The notes under the pieces: model-generated | The model's input: the letters and a program-made list of their open reading frames with translations, nothing else | Databases searched by the model: none | What the model was told of the DNA's origin: nothing | Shown: positions 60,223 through 64,000 of the stretch, piece after piece | How positions within the stretch are numbered: the stretch's first letter is position 1 | How the letters are laid out: each line of letters begins with the position of its first letter | Position numbers and translations under genes: made by a program | Assembly (NCBI GenBank): GCA_019136655.1 | Contig: JAGVTU010000024.1 | Coordinates: forward strand, 3,553-67,552 | Direction of reading: 5' to 3' | Source: Bacteroidota bacterium | GTDB lineage: Bacteria > Bacteroidota > Bacteroidia > AKYH767-A > OLB10 | DNA length: 64,000 nucleotides

Positions 60223-60252
60223 TTTGAAAATGAAAGCATTTCATTATCTTTG
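60223..60252 (+). promoter_or_regulatory. candidate Bacteroidota sigma-A promoter for rpsA (TTTG -33, TATCTTTG -7)
   Basis: TTTG at 60223-60226 and TATCTTTG at 60245-60252 with 18-nt spacing. About 80-nt leader to the ATG at 60335. Confidence 0.4.
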
Positions 60253-60334
60253 CACCCCCATTTTAAGGGAGTAGAAATATTTAATAATCAACATATAGTC
60301 TAACAATTCAACATTCAAAAAACAAACAAATTAA

Positions 60335-62155
60335 ATGAGTGAAGTAAAACACATTACCCCATCAGCCGATTTCGATTGGGATAACACCGGTAAATCTACC
60401 GACATTTACAAAACAGAAGACCGTGAGCGTATGGAAGCCATGTACGACCAAACGCTGAACACACTGACCGAACATGAAGTAAAAATGGGTACTGTTATCA
60501 GTATCACCGACAAAGAAGTTGTCATCAACATCGGATTCAAATCTGATGGTATGGTGCCATTGAATGAATTCCGCCACATGCCCGACCTTAAAGTGGGCGA
60601 TCAGGTGGAAGTGTATGTAGAAACCCGTGAAGACAAAAACGGACAGTTAATCCTGTCACATAAGAAAGCCCGTGCTTTGCAATCATGGGAACGCGTGAAT
60701 AAAGCATTGGAAAGCGATGAAATTATTCAGGGCTATGTGAAATGCCGTACAAAAGGAGGATTGATTGTTGATGTATTCGGCATTGAAGCATTCTTACCCG
60801 GTTCACAAATTGACGTTAAACCAATCCGCGACTATGATGTGTTTGTAGGAAAAACAATGGAATTCAAAGTGGTTAAGATTAACGCTGAATTCAAAAATGT
60901 TGTGGTTTCTCACAAAGTTCTTATCGAAGAAGAACTTGAAAGTCAGAAGTCAGAAATCATGTCTAAACTTGAAAAAGGACAAGTGCTTGAAGGAACCGTT
61001 AAGAACATCACTTCTTATGGAGTGTTTATGGATCTTGGCGGTGTGGACGGATTGCTGCACATAACAGATATTTCCTGGGGAAGAATCAATCATCCTGAAG
61101 AAGTTCTTAAAATGGATGATAAAATCAATGTGGTTATTCTCGACTTTGACGAAGACAAAAAACGTATTGCTCTTGGCTTGAAACAACTTACCCCTCAGCC
61201 TTGGGAAGCACTTGATGTCAATCTGCAGGTAGGTGATAAAGTAAAAGGTAAAGTAGTTGTACTTACTGATTATGGTGCATTCATTGAAATTATTCCTGGT
61301 GTAGAAGGACTTATTCACGTATCGGAAATGTCATGGTCGCAGCACCTGCGCAGCCCACAAGACTTTATGAAAGTGGGTGATGAAATTGAAACTGTAATTC
61401 TTACACTTGACCGCGAAGAGCGTAAAATGTCCTTAGGATTAAAACAACTGATGCCTGATCCATGGGTGAATATTATGGATAAATATCCTGTTGGATCCAA
61501 GCATACAGCCAAGGTAAGAAGCCTTACCAACTTTGGTGTATTTGTAGAACTCGAAGAAGGTATTGACGGATTGATTCATATTTCAGACCTGAGCTGGTCC
61601 AAGAAAATCAAACATCCTGCTGAGTTTACCAAGGTAGGTGAGAATATTGAAGTGGTAGTCCTTGAAGTTGATACTGAACATCGCAGACTTAGCTTAGGTC
61701 ATAAGCAACTTGAAGATAATCCATGGGATACTTATGAAACCATCTTCAAAGTAGATTCTGTTCATCAGGGTGTTGTAGGAAAAGTTACTGATAAAGGAGC
61801 AATCATCAACTTCACAACCTACGGTGTGGAAGGTTTTGCACCTTACCGTCATCTGATGAAAGAAAACGGTACTCCTGCTAAGACTGATGAAACACTTGAT
61901 TTCAAAGTTATAGAGTTCAGCAAAGAGAACAAGAAGCTGGTGGTATCTCATACCCGCCTGTTTGAAGAAGCAAAAGCTTCTGAAAAACAAGCTCGCGAAA
62001 ACGAACGTTCACGCGAAGAGAGCGAAGCTTCACGCAATGTGAAAAAGATCAAAGATTCTCAGGAGAAAACTACACTCGGTGACCTGAGTGTGCTGTCTGC
62101 TCTGAAAGATGAAATGATCAATTCAGAAAAAAAAGATGATCAGGATTCTAAATAA
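60335..62155 (+). CDS. rpsA: 30S ribosomal protein S1
   Basis: Six S1 domains (repeated G..V.G.V......G.FV.L pattern, e.g. GTVKNITSYGVFMDLGGVDGLLHITDISW) and an acidic/basic C-terminal tail, 606 aa. Confidence 0.92.
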   Translation: MSEVKHITPSADFDWDNTGKSTDIYKTEDRERMEAMYDQTLNTLTEHEVKMGTVISITDKEVVINIGFKSDGMVPLNEFRHMPDLKVGDQVEVYVETREDKNGQLILSHKKARALQSWERVNKALESDEIIQGYVKCRTKGGLIVDVFGIEAFLPGSQIDVKPIRDYDVFVGKTMEFKVVKINAEFKNVVVSHKVLIEEELESQKSEIMSKLEKGQVLEGTVKNITSYGVFMDLGGVDGLLHITDISWGRINHPEEVLKMDDKINVVILDFDEDKKRIALGLKQLTPQPWEALDVNLQVGDKVKGKVVVLTDYGAFIEIIPGVEGLIHVSEMSWSQHLRSPQDFMKVGDEIETVILTLDREERKMSLGLKQLMPDPWVNIMDKYPVGSKHTAKVRSLTNFGVFVELEEGIDGLIHISDLSWSKKIKHPAEFTKVGENIEVVVLEVDTEHRRLSLGHKQLEDNPWDTYETIFKVDSVHQGVVGKVTDKGAIINFTTYGVEGFAPYRHLMKENGTPAKTDETLDFKVIEFSKENKKLVVSHTRLFEEAKASEKQARENERSREESEASRNVKKIKDSQEKTTLGDLSVLSALKDEMINSEKKDDQDSK

Positions 62156-62173
62156 TCCGGTTAAATGATAACG

Positions 62174-62204
62174 AAAAACCGCCTTCAAAAGAGGCGGTTT
62201 TTTT
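62174..62204 (+). terminator. rho-independent terminator after rpsA
   Basis: AAAAACCGCCTT-CAAAA-GAGGCGGTTTTTTT. A-run, 7-bp GC stem and T7. Confidence 0.8.
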
Positions 62205-62269
62205 ATTCTATCAGGTTTTCAATATTCAAGAAGATTTTTCGTTTAAGATCAGACTGTTATTTTTGTTGC

Positions 62270-63754
62270 ATGACCTCTAAGAACTTTTTCGGGCTGTTGC
62301 TGATAATCTATATTGCAGTTTCAGTATCCTGCCGTAAAGATAATCTGCTTACAGACTCTTCAGCAAAGCTTGATTTTTCTGAAGACACAATCATGTTTGA
62401 TACCGTTTTTGCCAGCATTGGCAGTACTACTCAATACCTGATGTTATACAACAACCATAACAGGCCAATAAATATTTCAAGTATTAAACTTGCAGGTGGT
62501 TCGGCATCCTCATTCAGAATAAATGTAGATGGGCACTCCGGCAATGAATTTAAGGATATTGAAATCAGGGCGAAGGACAGCCTATGGGTGTTTATTGAAG
62601 TAACTGTTGACCCAAACAGCAGCCTTACACCTTATTTGGTTACTGACTCTATTGTATTTGAAACAAACGGAAACATTCAGGATGTAAAACTGGTTGCCTA
62701 TGGAAAGAATGCACATTTCATCACACCAAAATATGCAATTACTTTTTCAGATGGAAGCGGACTCCCCTACTCTATTATTGGCGATGGAGAGCCTTGCGGA
62801 ACAGTAGTTGAATGGGATAGCCTGATGCCTTATGTAGTGTATGGTTATGCAGTAGTTGACAGTTGCATCACATTACGAATAAAGGAAGGCACTAAGGTTT
62901 ATTTTTACAATAATTCAGGTTTGTGGGTTTATCGTTTCGGCAATCTGCATGTAGAAGGCAGCAAAGAACATCCCGTTGAATTTGGAGGCACTCGTCTTGA
63001 AAACAGATATTCAGAAGTTCCGAATCAGTGGGACAGAATATGGATTAACGAAGGAGGAGTAAATGTGATAGATCATGCCATTATTAAAAATGCATTTTTC
63101 GGAATACAGGCCGAAGATGTTACCCTTGACGGAGTGATTGGTGATGTACCCACACAACTTACAGTAAGCAACAGCATCATCCGCAACATGTCAATAGGTA
63201 TGCTTGCAAGAAGTTTTAATATCTCAATGTACAACACAATTATCAGCGATTGCAAAAGCTATTGTGCAGCTTTTACACAGGGAGGAAGTTACACACTAAA
63301 ACAAAATACGTTTGCTAATTACTGGCGTTATTCTCAGCGCAGCACACCGGCATTTTTTATGAATGATTTTGTTCCAACACAAAATGGCAATGAGCATATT
63401 CCTCTGAACATAGAAACTGATAACTGTATTATCTACGGTAATATTGACAATGAAATTGAAAAAGATTTGGTGGACAGCACTGCCGACACTTACGCATTCA
63501 GAAATTGCATGTTAAAGGTTGATGAGAAAGTTACACCGGTAAGTGTAATTCCGGGTTTCTATAATATTCTTAAAAACCAGAATCCTGAATTTGAAGATGT
63601 AAACAAGTACGACTATCACCTCAAAGATGTTTCGCCATGTATTGATGCAGGAGATGCAACATTGCTCAATTTCCCTCAGTTAAATTTTGATTTGGATGGC
63701 AATGCACGTCCACAGGGTGCAGCTCCTGATTTAGGAGCGTATGAGAAGAAATAA
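62270..63754 (+). CDS. hypothetical lipoprotein, probable right-handed beta-helix fold
   Basis: Lipoprotein signal (LLIIYIAVSVSCRKD) at the internal ATG 62270. Repeated N/I-rich beta-helix-like turns (SNSIIRNMSIGML..., NISMYNTIISDC). The ORF-track 5' extension from 62165 overlaps the rpsA terminator and is rejected. Confidence 0.6.
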   Translation: MTSKNFFGLLLIIYIAVSVSCRKDNLLTDSSAKLDFSEDTIMFDTVFASIGSTTQYLMLYNNHNRPINISSIKLAGGSASSFRINVDGHSGNEFKDIEIRAKDSLWVFIEVTVDPNSSLTPYLVTDSIVFETNGNIQDVKLVAYGKNAHFITPKYAITFSDGSGLPYSIIGDGEPCGTVVEWDSLMPYVVYGYAVVDSCITLRIKEGTKVYFYNNSGLWVYRFGNLHVEGSKEHPVEFGGTRLENRYSEVPNQWDRIWINEGGVNVIDHAIIKNAFFGIQAEDVTLDGVIGDVPTQLTVSNSIIRNMSIGMLARSFNISMYNTIISDCKSYCAAFTQGGSYTLKQNTFANYWRYSQRSTPAFFMNDFVPTQNGNEHIPLNIETDNCIIYGNIDNEIEKDLVDSTADTYAFRNCMLKVDEKVTPVSVIPGFYNILKNQNPEFEDVNKYDYHLKDVSPCIDAGDATLLNFPQLNFDLDGNARPQGAAPDLGAYEKK

Positions 63755-63861
63755 TAAATACAGAATTTTGTTAAAACGGATTGAGCAATTCTGTAGTTTT
63801 ATTACTCATCCACATCAACACCAAATTAATAATCAATTATAAATACCCGAGCAGATAATCA

Positions 63862-64000
63862 TTACTTGGTTAATCGTTCGCCAATAATTTGTGAAAAAAT
63901 TTCTGCTCCTTTGTAATTCAGATGGTTTTTATCAGTAAAGAGATTAAAATTATTTATAAATTTTGAGTCTTCGGAATAGTTAAGAAATTCAATACCATTT
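63862..64000 (-). CDS. SGNH/GDSL-like hydrolase, C-terminal fragment (gene runs off window end)
   Basis: Minus-strand translation ends ...FNLFTDKNHLNYKGAEIFSQIIGERLTK*. DxxH(L)N...G matches SGNH block V. Confidence 0.35.
   Translation of the reverse strand, partial: NGIEFLNYSEDSKFINNFNLFTDKNHLNYKGAEIFSQIIGERLTK

Noticed and set aside
1-64000. tRNA, rRNA, IS elements, integrons, prophage or toxin-antitoxin modules
   Set aside because: No T-loop/anticodon-arm cloverleaf candidates in intergenic regions, no transposase or phage-like ORFs, no terminal inverted repeats flanking any block. XerD at 1508-2407 appears to be the housekeeping recombinase rather than an integrase of a mobile element.

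Overview
This is a 64-kb chromosomal segment from a low-GC Bacteroidota genome. The phylum call rests on a PorP/SprF gene, a type IX secretion (T9SS) C-terminal sorting domain on a cargo protein, a PorE-like OmpA protein, a short 287-aa SigA-type RpoD and TAnnTTTG-type -7 promoter boxes. Gene density is high, with no rRNA, tRNA, CRISPR, IS or prophage signal. Most of the window is housekeeping: FKBP, XerD, MlaEFD, TatC, KpsF, RecQ, MiaA, PdxH, MutS2, ThyA-FolA, PlsY, RluD, RpoD, a SurA/PPIase array, MoxR and ribosomal protein S1. The accessory part is a roughly 17.4-kb polysaccharide (EPS/CPS) biosynthesis locus at 20074-37463. It has Wza, a Wzc BY-kinase with an extraordinary (Tyr-Gly)n tail encoded by an in-frame hexanucleotide repeat, a PglK/MsbA-like ABC exporter and no Wzx, a GpsA paralog, a Trm112-like/SAM-methyltransferase fusion, two tandem uncharacterised nucleotidyltransferase-fold (LicD/Pol-beta-like) paralogs, two GT4 glycosyltransferases, AsnB, a Wzy/O-antigen-ligase-like polymerase and an SDR-NTase-SDR deoxysugar module. 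The most interesting candidate is the GpsA-like, methyltransferase and tandem NTase-fold cassette at 25272-29431, which looks like an undescribed polysaccharide-decoration module, possibly glycerol- or polyol-phosphate. A second region of note is the T9SS neighbourhood at 42746-48171: a CTD-bearing cargo protein next to a porP/sprF - porE-like operon. All calls come from reading the translated ORFs and the DNA by eye. No database searches were run.
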